Of a stretch of DNA of 64,000 nucleotides, positions 14,083-25,900 are shown piece after piece. Each line of letters begins with the position of its first letter. Positions within the stretch are counted from its first letter, which is position 1. This stretch comes from Flaccisagitta enflata. Taxonomy: Eukaryota. The notes under the pieces are model-generated. The model did not search any database, was not told the DNA's origin, and saw only the letters and a program-made list of their open reading frames with translations. The DNA is taken from assembly GCA_965153355.1 (NCBI GenBank), contig OZ231126.1, positions 47,368,001 to 47,432,000 on the forward strand. Reading direction: 5' to 3'. The translations under genes were made by a program, and so were the position numbers.

Positions 14083-14258
14083 GTGCGTTAAGTACTAGGT
14101 TTCATTTCTCTGTGTCAAAGTCTGTTCGTCTTCCATTTCTAAGTTAAAAACAAACGCGTCGCTAAAAAAAGCTTCACATGCTTCCAGTTTTTATGAGCCA
14201 AACAAAAAAAGCTAGAAGGCTAGAATAAGTCTGGAATGAAATATTTCTCTCCACGCAG

Positions 14259-14307
14259 AATTCGCCTTTTCCTCGGCGATGGCCGGACTGATTTCCAAAA
14301 AAAGTAA
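14259..14307 (+). pseudogene. Truncated next alkaline phosphatase exon (K)IRLFLGDGRTDF running into a HINE fragment and a stop
   Basis: TTTCTCTCCACGCAG acceptor in the required phase 2; aligns to the IDVILGGGR motif with GGG changed to GDG; sequence from ~14296 is repeat DNA. Confidence 0.7.
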
Positions 14308-15172
14308 AATGGGATGGACGGATCGACAGACGGACGGACCGACAGACCGACGGACGGACCGACGGACCGACGGACCAACAGACCAACGGACCGACAAAGC
14401 GGGGTGTAGAGTCGCGTAGCACGGGACTAAAAAAATGTTCAATTACAACATATGTTTCCCAAGCATAGATTCTCTCCTACACAAAAGTAGGAGAGAATCT
14501 ATACAAAAATTAATAAATAAATGGGTGGACATGAACATGTAAATAAATGAATTGATGAAATGATGAAATGATGAATATGATTTGATGAATGGATGGGGCG
14601 ATAGACAGGTAGACAGACTGACAGGGTAGGGTCAAAAACACGACTACACATGGATGGACAGTGGTAGTGATATAAAGGACATCAAGATATTTGGACAATG
14701 GGCATGAGCAGTGAGACGCCAAAATAACGCCAAAGAAGTAAACAATGATGGACCAACCGACAGAACAATAAATCAACCAGCTGACTGGCTATGTTATGGG
14801 TGGAAAGACCGCCGAAGCATGTGACTAAAAACAGGCCTTTTACATGAGATAATCCCGTTTTCAACGGCTCACTAGGTTAATTATTTTTAGGGCGACAAAG
14901 CACCTCTATAACTGGCTGTGTCCGTTGGTAACTTGGTTGGTTGGTCGGTCTGTTGATTGGTAGAGTAACGCATTTGTTTGATGATCCACACGTCGCTCCT
15001 TATTGGCCTACTTGGCCTTGTTTTCAGTATCTCACCCCGCTCCCTTTCTTGGCTCGCTCTATTTACCGGTTTGCTCACTCACTCCGCTAACTCTCTTGTG
15101 GCACGACTGAATTACATATGTATTCACAATGTAAACGCAAGATACGGAAATTCAGGGGGCCCGCGTTCCGTT

Positions 15173-15278
<106 letters not shown>

Positions 15279-15367
15279 AGCAGACAGGAAGATGAAGATT
15301 AAAACGGGCGAACCTTTTTCAAATGTTTTTTTTTCGCCTGATCATACGATCACAAAGCTAATATAAG

Positions 15368-15435
<68 letters not shown>

Positions 15436-15480
15436 AACATGCCCTTTTTTTTACCTTTATTTTTACATTTTATAATTAGG

Positions 15481-15750
15481 CATTAGAGAAATCAGAAGCC
15501 ACTCTTTCAGTGTTATCAATTCCCGCAATAATAGTTGGAAAATACGCATCGAACCTGGACAAACAAAAAACCGCCAACAGTTCTCATCCTCCATCATTAT
15601 TTTGGCGATCCATGTTTTTTCCAGCTCCATTTTGAAAATAGGAATTATTTAAAAATTTAATCTTTAAAGTTAAACCGCGTATGAGAGCAAAGTTGATAAC
15701 TTGCTTGTTTAGACCAACTTTTTTAAGAGTGGCTTCTGATTTCTTCAATG
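15481..15750. mobile_element. MITE-like inverted-repeat element
   Basis: CATTAGAGAAATCAGAAGCCACTCTT ... AAGAGTGGCTTCTGATTTCTTCAATG. Confidence 0.55.
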
Positions 15751-15860
15751 ATATAGAATGAGAAATGCTTTTCTGTGCAAAAGTTATTTAAATAGAAATC
15801 AATTATTGCTTTTCATTGTTTAAAAATGTATAAAAACAATATCTAAAATATTGGGAAAAC

Positions 15861-15940
<80 letters not shown>

Positions 15941-16341
15941 TTTAGCTGCCTTCTAACGTGGGTAGACTACGTGCGTAGTTAAATGAACTGGGTATCTTTA
16001 CCTTGCCACTGTCTTTTCTTCAAACTCAGTATGAACATTCAACAAAGTGATTGCGAGTGTTCATTTAGTTGGCGAATGTTCACACTGATTTCCTCTACTA
16101 AATTATTTTACCGGCTTTGCGTCTGTCTTTGAAACAGTCTCTTTGCCAATCTTTCAAACTGTCTTCTTGTCTGTCCCCGGGTTTGTCTGCCTTTACCTAA
16201 CTGCGTGTCAGATTTTCAGTTATTGTCCGTTTCAGCTCTAAGCTTTTCTATCTCTCTCCTTTTTGAGATGTATTTGATTAAGATGGAAAACAAAACAATA
16301 ATGAGGCTTCAAAAATGGAGAGAGATTCAGAGCATGGGAGG

Positions 16342-16382
<41 letters not shown>

Positions 16383-16908
16383 CAACAGACAGACAGACAG
16401 AACAGGTTGCCCTAGGGCAATATGTGGTCAGCGATACCCGTTGCCCTGCTTTGCATAATGGTGAATTGGAGTGAGAGGAAACAGGGCAGCAGCCCTGAAA
16501 GGGCGGACGAATGGACAATCAAAAGTCCCCCTGTGTTCTACAGGACTTTGTCCCCTTCAGGGTCGCTGCCCAAAAGCCAAGGTGGGTCATGTTGTGGGAG
16601 ACGTGTTAAAAGGTAACTAACAATTTTAATCATTTTCGGTTGTCATATTTTGATTTGAAATGATCTATGCAGGCTCGGGATTTCCTCGTTATTTCTTTGT
16701 CGCTATCTTTGTCTCCTGTTTATTACGTATGTCGCCATCTTTGTCTCTTTTTAGCGAAAAAATCAAAAATCAAAAATAATTCGGTGGCGCCCCTTTCTAC
16801 TTGATAGAGGCCCAACTTGGGGTTCCCCTCTCTAGAAAAATATTAGGACCTGAAGAAAAGTAACTGGTTGAATCTTCTTCAGAATGGTTTCTCCCCTAAC
16901 ATGAGTCC

Positions 16909-18287
16909 AATTTCAGCGCACTGTGGTCCCCAAAATGAAAATTTGGGCGCTAACTTAAGAAATTTGAGTTTTTCGCCCACAGAAGTTATTCAGTATCTTA
17001 ATAAAACGCTACCTGGCAGTAATTGAAGTTCTGTATCAAATGGTAACATCCGCAGGTGTGAAGCCATAACAGTTTTGGAGAAAAAGGGTGATTTAGTTTG
17101 ACATTCAGCGCACAGTGCGCTACAAATTGCAAATTCAGGCTCAAAATTTTAAAAAATCTAAAATTCTTGATCTTAAAAAAACTCTGATCTTTATCAATTC
17201 CATAGTTTACAGTTTATGATATATTTTTTCAAAAAAGATTTTTCTTGCTTAGATTTTCAAAAAAAATTTCTTGCTAAAATTTTTCTTGCTAAAATTTTTT
17301 TTTCGCTAAAATTTTTTTCGCAAAAATTTTTCTCGCACACATTTTTCTCGCAAAAATTTTTCATGTAAAAATTTTTCTCGGTAAAATTTTTTCTCGCTAA
17401 AATTTTTTCTCACTAAAATTTTTTCTCGCTAAAATTTTTTCTCGCTAAAATTTTTTCTTGCTAAAATTTTCTTGCTAAAATTTTTTTTTGCTAAAATTTT
17501 TCTTGCTAAAATTTTTTTTGTTAAAATTTTTTCTCGCTAAAATTTTTTCTCGCTAAAATTTTTTTGCAACAATCTTTTCTGCTGAAATTTTTTCTCACTG
17601 AAATTTTCAAAAAAGTTTTCAAAAATTTGTTTTCTTGCTTTTCTTGTTTTCTTGCTTTTCATGTTTTCTTGCTTTTCTTTCTTCAATGAAATTTTCAAAA
17701 ATAATTTTTAAGCAAAAAAAAATTTTTTACAAAAAAAAAAGGTTTTTTGTAAAGTGTATTGATTTCATTTAGCGACTTCCCTTCAGTTTTGAGTAAAAAA
17801 AAAGATATATTTGGATTCAGCATAGTGAATACTACAAAACAGAATGCTTTCATAATTTTTCAAAATTAATCACTATGTCCCCTTAATTCGGAAATTTCAA
17901 GTCTGACTTTGCTTGTCTGTATCACAGAAACCGTAAGTTCTACGCACCTACGGACATTGCTATTAGCACTGGCATATCAAAATCTATCAACTATGAAATT
18001 TTCAGCAATGTGTTTTTTTTTTGTGGCTAAAAAATGCTGAATTTTTTAATTTTGCTCCTGAATTTATTATTTGTGGCGCACTATGTATCAAATATCAATT
18101 TAAATCACCTTTTTTCTCTAAGATTGTTATGGCTGCACACCTGCGGGCGTAACCATTGCATCCGGCATGTCAAATATTATCAGTTTGCCCTTTTTTTGAT
18201 TATGGATAACCTTTGTGGGTGGGAAATTAAAATTTTTCTAAGTTTGCGCCCAAATTTTCATCTTGGGGACCACAGTGCGCTGAGATT
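16909..18287. mobile_element. Non-autonomous element with ~250-bp imperfect TIRs containing CACWGTG heptamers (Transib-like) and a central ~18-bp A/T array
   Basis: CACTGTGGTCCCCAAAATGAAAATTTGGGCGC at 16919 pairs with GCGCCCAAATTTTCATCTTGGGGACCACAGTG ending 18277; (CTCGCTAAAATTTTTT)-type array at ~17260-17610; no TSD found. Confidence 0.6.
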
Positions 18288-19308
18288 TTAGCTTTTTGAG
18301 CTTTGACCGGACCTGTAAATGGGAGTCTGTCTTTTGTTGCATGCTACACAACTCTATTAATTGCTATCTGGGTTGGTCGATTTATCGGTCGGTCACCATT
18401 TGCTTTTTCAGCCTTGTTCAGTGCATGGTCTTCTGTGTGTGCATCTCATGCTGTCTGATTGAATGCCTGTCTGTTTTAGTTATTCAATCTGTCTCTTTTT
18501 AGTCGCGTGCATGCGACTCTACAACCCGCTTTGTCTGTTGGTCCCTTGATCCCTTGTACCATATACATATGTCCGCAGGTCCGTCAAACTCTTTTTTTTA
18601 GTTGCAGACATGCAATTCTATTAGAGGCTTTGTCCGTCCGTCAATCGGTCGGTCCGTTAGTCTGGGGTCATCAAGTTGAAAAGTGGGAAAACGAGCATTT
18701 AGATACTTTTAGTTGCGGACTACAGAGGCTTCAGAGCTTCATCTGTCAGTCCGTTGGTCCGTAGAGGTGATGGAGTCAAAAAATGGTAAAATGAGCGTTT
18801 AAGAAGCTTTTTGTGTATCTGTCTGTGTTGGGAAGGGGGTTGGGTGGAGTATTTTAACCAATTGTCAACCATTCAGGTTGCGACATGAGTTTCTATAAGC
18901 ATGTCAATACACAATACATTGCTAAAAAGGCTCGATATACGGCATAGCAGGACAGTCGCGGATGGTTGGGCAGGGGCAAAAAACACTTGTTATTCAAAAA
19001 TATGATGATGGACAGACAGACAGACAGATAAACAGACGGATGAACAGACAGACCGACATAGCAAGGTGTATGGTTGCTTATCCGCTCTTTATGTTTGTTT
19101 GTTTGTTTGTTTGTTTGTTTCACCATTGCTTTTCTTCTTCGTAAATCTTCTTTCCCATGATCTTTTTGTTCCATTACCTATGAAAGTTGGACAATGTCCT
19201 TTACAACATGCAACATGCAACAGGGCATCGATTTCTCATTTTCATGATTTGATCGATTTTTGAGGTTTTGACATCAGACACTTTCTGTGCACGTTACTGC
19301 AAGTTACT

Positions 19309-19360
19309 GAAGAAGAAGAAGAAGAAGAAGAAGAAGAAGAAGAAGAAGAAGAAGAAGAAG

Positions 19361-19390
<30 letters not shown>
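19309..19390. repeat. (GAA)n microsatellite
   Basis: Direct reading. Confidence 0.98.
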
Positions 19391-19393
<3 letters not shown>

Positions 19394-19772
19394 ACAACGA
19401 AAGGATAAGAAATGATATTCACATGATCATAGATCAGTTTGCCATATAAGCTTTAGATTTTCTCTGGGGTTTTTCAAACCATTCGTTCACTTTCTCATTC
19501 TTTGCCATTCACTCGCCATTTACTCGCCATTCACTCGCTATTCACTCTTCCTTCAAAGTGTTCAAAGTTATCACTAAATCAGAACGAGTTAACTTTAAAG
19601 TCTCTCGCCCTCGCCCTAATGTTGCTCTGGTTCTCCTGTTTTCTCTCCTCCTCTTCTCTCTTCCAGTCGCCCTATTCAACAGCGTAGCTGGCATTCACTC
19701 GCATTCATTCATAGCTGAACAATTTGACCCCGAGATACACCAGTCAGGCTTCGCATTTGACTCCTCAGTCTC

Positions 19773-19803
<31 letters not shown>

Positions 19804-19990
19804 CAATCGCGTCAAGTCTGTAGAAGAGAAGAAAAAAGAATACGCAGTGAGCTGCTTACAGTAGGTTTTTAGTCACGGACACGCGACTTGACACCTTGCT
19901 GTGTCGGTCGGCCTTGTTATATTCAAACTAACTAATATTCAATTACATGTTCACGATGATGCAAAGTCACTGGATTTGATTGGAGACTTT

Positions 19991-22900
19991 TTAAGCTTGA
20001 AAAAAGGTCATACTGAAAAAAGTCGCCAAAGGATCGGTTGAAAATGAGGAAATGCGTCTTGAGGTAAACCCGAGCATACCCGAGCAATACCCGAGCAATA
20101 CCCAAGCAATACTGCTTGGGTATTTCTCGGGTATTGCTCGGGTATTGCTCGGGTATTGCTCGGGTATTGCTAGGGTATTGCTAGGGTATTGCTCGGGTAT
20201 TAATCTCACCTCAGATTACGAGGTGCTACACTATGAAAATCAAGTTGAAGCTTTGATTTGACAGTTCAAATATTGCGTGTTGATTTTTCTTACGTCATCG
20301 GATTTATGAAGAGAGATGCCCGTTCGCGCCAAATAGGACCGGGTGCGGATTCAATCAGTATTGGTATGTCCGTCTCATTAATCAATGACTCCATCCAATG
20401 CGCTACCCGTTTCCTATTCCAATCATTTATTTGATAAAATGCTCGTCCAAGGAAACCATTGTTAACCGTTCGTAAAGCCCCTAGCAAGTTCCAATAAATG
20501 GTAACTTTATCTTGATGCAGTGGAAATGCGCCAAAATTCTTGAGGACAGCTGCCACCTTTTAAGAAAAGGATAGTGAAAACTGCGGATACATCATTAGCA
20601 ATAAAACAAGCAATTCTGATTTTTGTCCATCCAGTGACCAGTCTGATCACTCTGACATATTTTTGTGCTGCTCAAATATCGATGTTGCATTAAAAAGATC
20701 TGCTAGCCTGAAAACGTCCGGATACACTGTTATCATATGGGGTGCGTCTGCATTCACCATATTATTTGGATAATTCATCTGGATATCAATATCCGGATAT
20801 TCTACATAGTGAATTTACAAAATTTACTTCATGAAATATCCGGATAATAATATTCAAATAAAATATCCAAATAAGCTGATTAATGCAGACACACCTTTGC
20901 AAGTCGTGTGTGGGTGAGCAGGGTCATGGACGAAATAGGCTAACCAAGCTTTTGAGCAGGAGCGGTGTTTGCTTATCTTTGGAATGATTGCCAACTACCA
21001 TGGAATTAGCTTGCTGAACTAAGGAATTAAGTACATGAAAATGATGTCTTTTGATCAAATTCAGGCGTTCGACCTGAATTTTCATATCCCTTGAAATATG
21101 TATATATGTGTGTTCATCTGCCTGTTTGTCTGTATATGCGTATTGTCAATCTGAAAATGTTATGGGAGTCGTTCAAAATTGGAAGAAAAAAAAGCGAACA
21201 CTTTGTTATGTTAGTTTCTGCTTAACTATGGGCCTGAACCATAAAACAATCTATGACCGTTTGAAAGCTCTGCGACAGATCTTCCAAATGCGAGGTTGCT
21301 AGTCATTGTAGCTTTATTCTTTTGGAAATGGCAAAGGTCTGAAGAAAAAAAATCACTGATTGAAAAAAGCGCTCATTTCAATTTTTTTCCAAGGAGCAAT
21401 TTTAGTCTTTTGGTTTTTAGTCGCGTGCTAAGCAACTCTACACCCCGCTTTGTCGGTCCTTCCGTCGGTCCGTTGGTCCGTCCGTCGGTCCGTCTGTCCG
21501 TCACACTTGACTTTTTTTGTTTTTTTGCGGTCTTTGGCCTCACTGCTCCTGCCCAAGTGATCAAGTGACCTCAAATATGGCCCCTGCCCACCCGCACGCG
21601 ACTGGGGTAGTCGTAGTTCCGGCCTTGTCGTCAATGATGCAGCTCAAGATTGCCTTCGCTACTCGTCATCCATGAGCAAATTAAAGAGCTTCAAATTCTC
21701 TTTAAAATGGCGCCTATAACAAATTTCTAACTTTATGCGTTTGATTTTTAGTCGCGTGCACGAGACTCTACACCTTGGCGTGTCGGTCGGTAGGTCAGTC
21801 GATCGGTTGGTATGTCGGTTGGTATGTTGGTCGGTCCGTCACATTTTTGAAATTAAGAACTTTTTAAGGTTATGAAAGGTAATTTAGGGTACCTCAGGGT
21901 ATTTCAGGGTACTTTAGGGTATATCAGGGTACTTTAGGGTACTAAAGTTACACTAGGTACTTACGGTACTTTTGGGTACTTTCAGGTATTTTCAGGTATT
22001 TTTAGGTATGGTAGGGTATTTTTAGGTATTTCTAGATGATTTTAGGTATATTTAGGTATTTTCGGGTATTTTTGGTATTTTTGCACATGTTTGGGTATTT
22101 TTGGGTATTTTGAGTATGATATTTTATCGTATCGATATTGTATCAATATCGTATCGATATTGTATTAATATTGTATCAATAGATATCACACGGCCTTGGA
22201 GGGGAGGAAGGACAGAAAGAAGGGAGGGTATACAGGAAGGAAAGAAAAAATGGAAGGAAGGAAGGAAGAGAGGGAGGATGGGGAGAAGGAAGGAAGGCGG
22301 GGAAGAAGGAATAAAGAATAGAGGGAAGGAAAGAAGTGTGTATGACGACAAATTTTTGAAGGAAAATCAAGTGTTTCACCATACTTTTTGCAATATTATC
22401 AGGATGGTAATAAAGCTGAAATGTTTTTAGTGGACAAATTATCTCTAAAGACACTTGGTGTATACTTCTTTATCATATTCTGACTTAAAATGTAATTTCA
22501 ACTATGCGATTCACATGAAAACAAGCAGGAAAATGATGGTTTTTAGTGATTTTCTGCTTACACGTTTTTTCATTTTCTGTGGTCTAAATTCTAAAAAAAC
22601 TAAACACAGGGAAATTTCGCATTTTGAAAAACATAGTTTTTTTTGGAATCCATTTGGGAAGAACACTATGTTCTTTGTTTTTTCATTTTTTCATTTTCTC
22701 TGCAAATCTAGAATTTACACCAGGCTTTTGTCATTTACCAAAAATAAAATAAGTAGAAATTTTCAATAAATTTTCTTAAGTATCATTGGCTTAACTTTGA
22801 CCCTCTTGCAAGATAAATGCAGTTTTTTCTTTTAAATATCAATCACTTTTGTTCATTTTTTTTTCCATTTTCATTCATACATAAATTCTATTTTGACTAT

Positions 22901-25900
22901 CTTTGAAACACAAATGTGGCCTTCGGAGGGACACTGTCGTATGCGTGCAGTTTTGTTAGTTACTGTAAAACCAAGCACGCGACAGTCGGCCCGTTGGGCT
23001 TGTTATGTTAGAATGAAGACAACCCAGGGAAATCATGTATTGAATTTCCAAATTCTTGACCACCTGTCTTCATCCTAATGCCAATTCCAAACGGATAGAG
23101 CTAGGATATCCAGCAAGGCCTCATTTGAAAGATCTTTTGCGGAGCTTCAAAATGATCATGGATTTTGCTATGTTTTTCTCATTGCTTGGATGGGAAACAC
23201 TGACAAACAAGTAGTTCGCTTTTTTTTTTTAGAAAAAGAAGATACCATGAAAAGAAATATCATGAATTATAATACAATGAAACCCATCTAACCCAACAAA
23301 CCTCTTTTGCAGCACTCACCTCGGCCTTAAGTTGCCTGGCTCTTTTTGGTAAAAGACGACATTGTTGCAGCAGAGTTTTGAATTTTCTTTCATAACTTGA
23401 TTCCTCTTTTCGCTGAACGGGTTTCAGTAACATTGCTTCAACCTCCAAAAGATCAGCCGCGGCAGCATCCCTGAACAGCCCAGATGACCATCCATTCAGA
23501 ACTGAAGGAAGGACATGCTGCATAAGCTGCATTTCTTGCCGCGTGTGCATTGTGCAATCCCATGACTTGCGCTGCGTACGCCACTCAACTCGTTTCAATC
23601 CGTTGTTCCGTCTATAATCTTTATTTTACTACCGCCCCTACTTAACGACCAAACTGGCTACTGTACAATGAAGCCACTCGATGATGTCCGTGCTTCCGAT
23701 TAAAATCATATAAATAAGATGTTTAGATATGTTTCACAAAATTCATTTCATTACCGTCAGTATGATTGATGTATCCTCCACACGCGAATTCATAAAAATC
23801 TTGACATGGATCCGCACTTTGATTCATATGGGCCGCCATAGCCTGACCAATCGCCCTCAGCGCCGAATCTTTTTCTTCTCCGGGAGTTGTAACATCGTCA
23901 GCAATGCCTGAAGGATCCTTATTTGGGATGGAAATGCTCAGTTGGAAGACCCGACAGGAATGTGCACGTCGAGAATGTCTCAACATGATTAAGGGCAAAT
24001 ATCACCTTTCTTACAATGTTTGATATAATAAGGCCAGCTGTGCGCGAGACGTAAATTACGGAATTGATCTAAATCTTAATTCTATCTTTTTACAGGTGAC
24101 TCAACCAACATGACTGAATTATAAGACTTTATTGAATAATTTCACTTTATTGACCTAATTGATTGAATTGGCTAAATTGACTGAATTGACTAAATTGACT
24201 TAATTGACTGAACGACTCAATTCAATTTAAATGATTTTTCAATGACTTAAAATGACCTACAATGACCCAAAAATGATTCAAAATGATCATCATTAGGTGA
24301 AATGACCATATCTACCGGAAATTATAAACCGCCGCTATTCTTTTCTTTGGTTTTCTCACGAAAACAATTTTACATACTCAGTTGTAAAAAATGGGGCCGC
24401 TGCCCTGCTCTCACTTCACAACCTCAGCTGATCCCTCCAAGCATAATAACGGGTACTTTGGATGACTGATCACGGTTTTACTTAAATTGGTTTTCATCTT
24501 TAGCACAATTTGTGCCAAAACTCCCTGATTATGAGAACATTTTTCAAATTTTGCACTTCCACGTTGTACCAATCTCAAGTACTGTTCCTAAGCTTCAATT
24601 CTATATGTTTGTTATAACAAAAAATATTCGGGAAGAGCAAGTTCCAGGGGGTCAAAGGTCAGGGGTCAAGTATTAGTGTAAACCGCCTAGAAACCCTATA
24701 GAAATAGTCTATCTTTCAATAAACATAACCGAACCTACCATGGATCAATCTCAGTCATTTTTTGATGTTTTAGACACAATTATGCTAATTGACCCATCTT
24801 AAAAAAGCGCAGTTTTCCCATACCCTAAATCTTTAAAAATCCCTAGTCTTTTTTGATAATTGTTCCTAATGATGATAGGAACCTCTCCTGAATTTTAGAA
24901 AAATATCCACGCAGTATCGAAAATGTCAAGTTAAATCGCATTGTAAATTGAATTTTTAACACAAAATGTGACGTAGGGTAACGGCGTCCCTTGAGGCCTT
25001 CCCAGGCTTTGTAAACAAATACCTTTTGTTTAAAATGATAGCAAATGTAGTGAGTGGGAATCCTGGTGGTTGTTTTTGACAATTTTGAATGCCCGTTTGA
25101 AAGCAGAGGGCTAACGGCCCCCGTATGTCTGCAAAAGCTAAAAATCGCCTCAAAGCTGGGGGGGACGCACAAACAAACAGATGGACAAACAAAAGTCCCC
25201 CTGTGTTCTACAGGACATCATCCCCTTTGGGGCCGCTGCCCAAAAAGCCAAATAAGTAAATAGTTGCAAAAGTGTACGATGGTCAGTGTACCCATTGCCC
25301 CTATGTAAGCATATTAGGAAGTGTGATGGTAAGAGGGGCAGCGGCCTCGAAGGGGTCGATGACCTATGCTTAGTGAGTTTTGAGGCTCTAGGCTTGAATT
25401 TAACCATCAATAATGGGATGTAGCCTTGAAGCTGTGGTATGAGCCCAGAGGCTGTAATTTGAGCTTTGAGGCTGTGATTTGAGCCCCAAGGCTGTGTTTT
25501 GAGCCTTGAGGCTGTGATTTGAGCATTGAGACTGTGATTTGAGCCATGATGCTTGGATTTGAGCTTTGAGGCTTGGATTTGAGGTTTGAAGCTGGGATGT
25601 AAGCCTTGAGGCTGGGATGTGAGCTTTGAGACTAGTATTTGGGCTTGGAGACTACGACTGGGGCCTCAAGGCTGTGATTTGAGCCTCAAGGCTAGGGTAT
25701 GAGCTTCAAAGGAGGTGGATGGAGGAGGAGGAGGAAATATTTTCCCTATGTGTAAAAGCAAAGCTCATTGGTCCCTTTGGGACCGCTGCCCCAAAAGGGA
25801 CAGACTGACCCACCAACTGACCAACCAACCAACAAAGTAGGGTGTAAAGGCGCATAGCACCCAACTAACAAGTCAGTTAGGGTTCACAAGGCCCTCTTCC

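Noticed and set aside
21640-21713. Extra M13 exon candidate on the minus strand
   Set aside because: Exons 23320 and 20556 already join in phase 0 with plausible M13 spacing, and this candidate ends in stops
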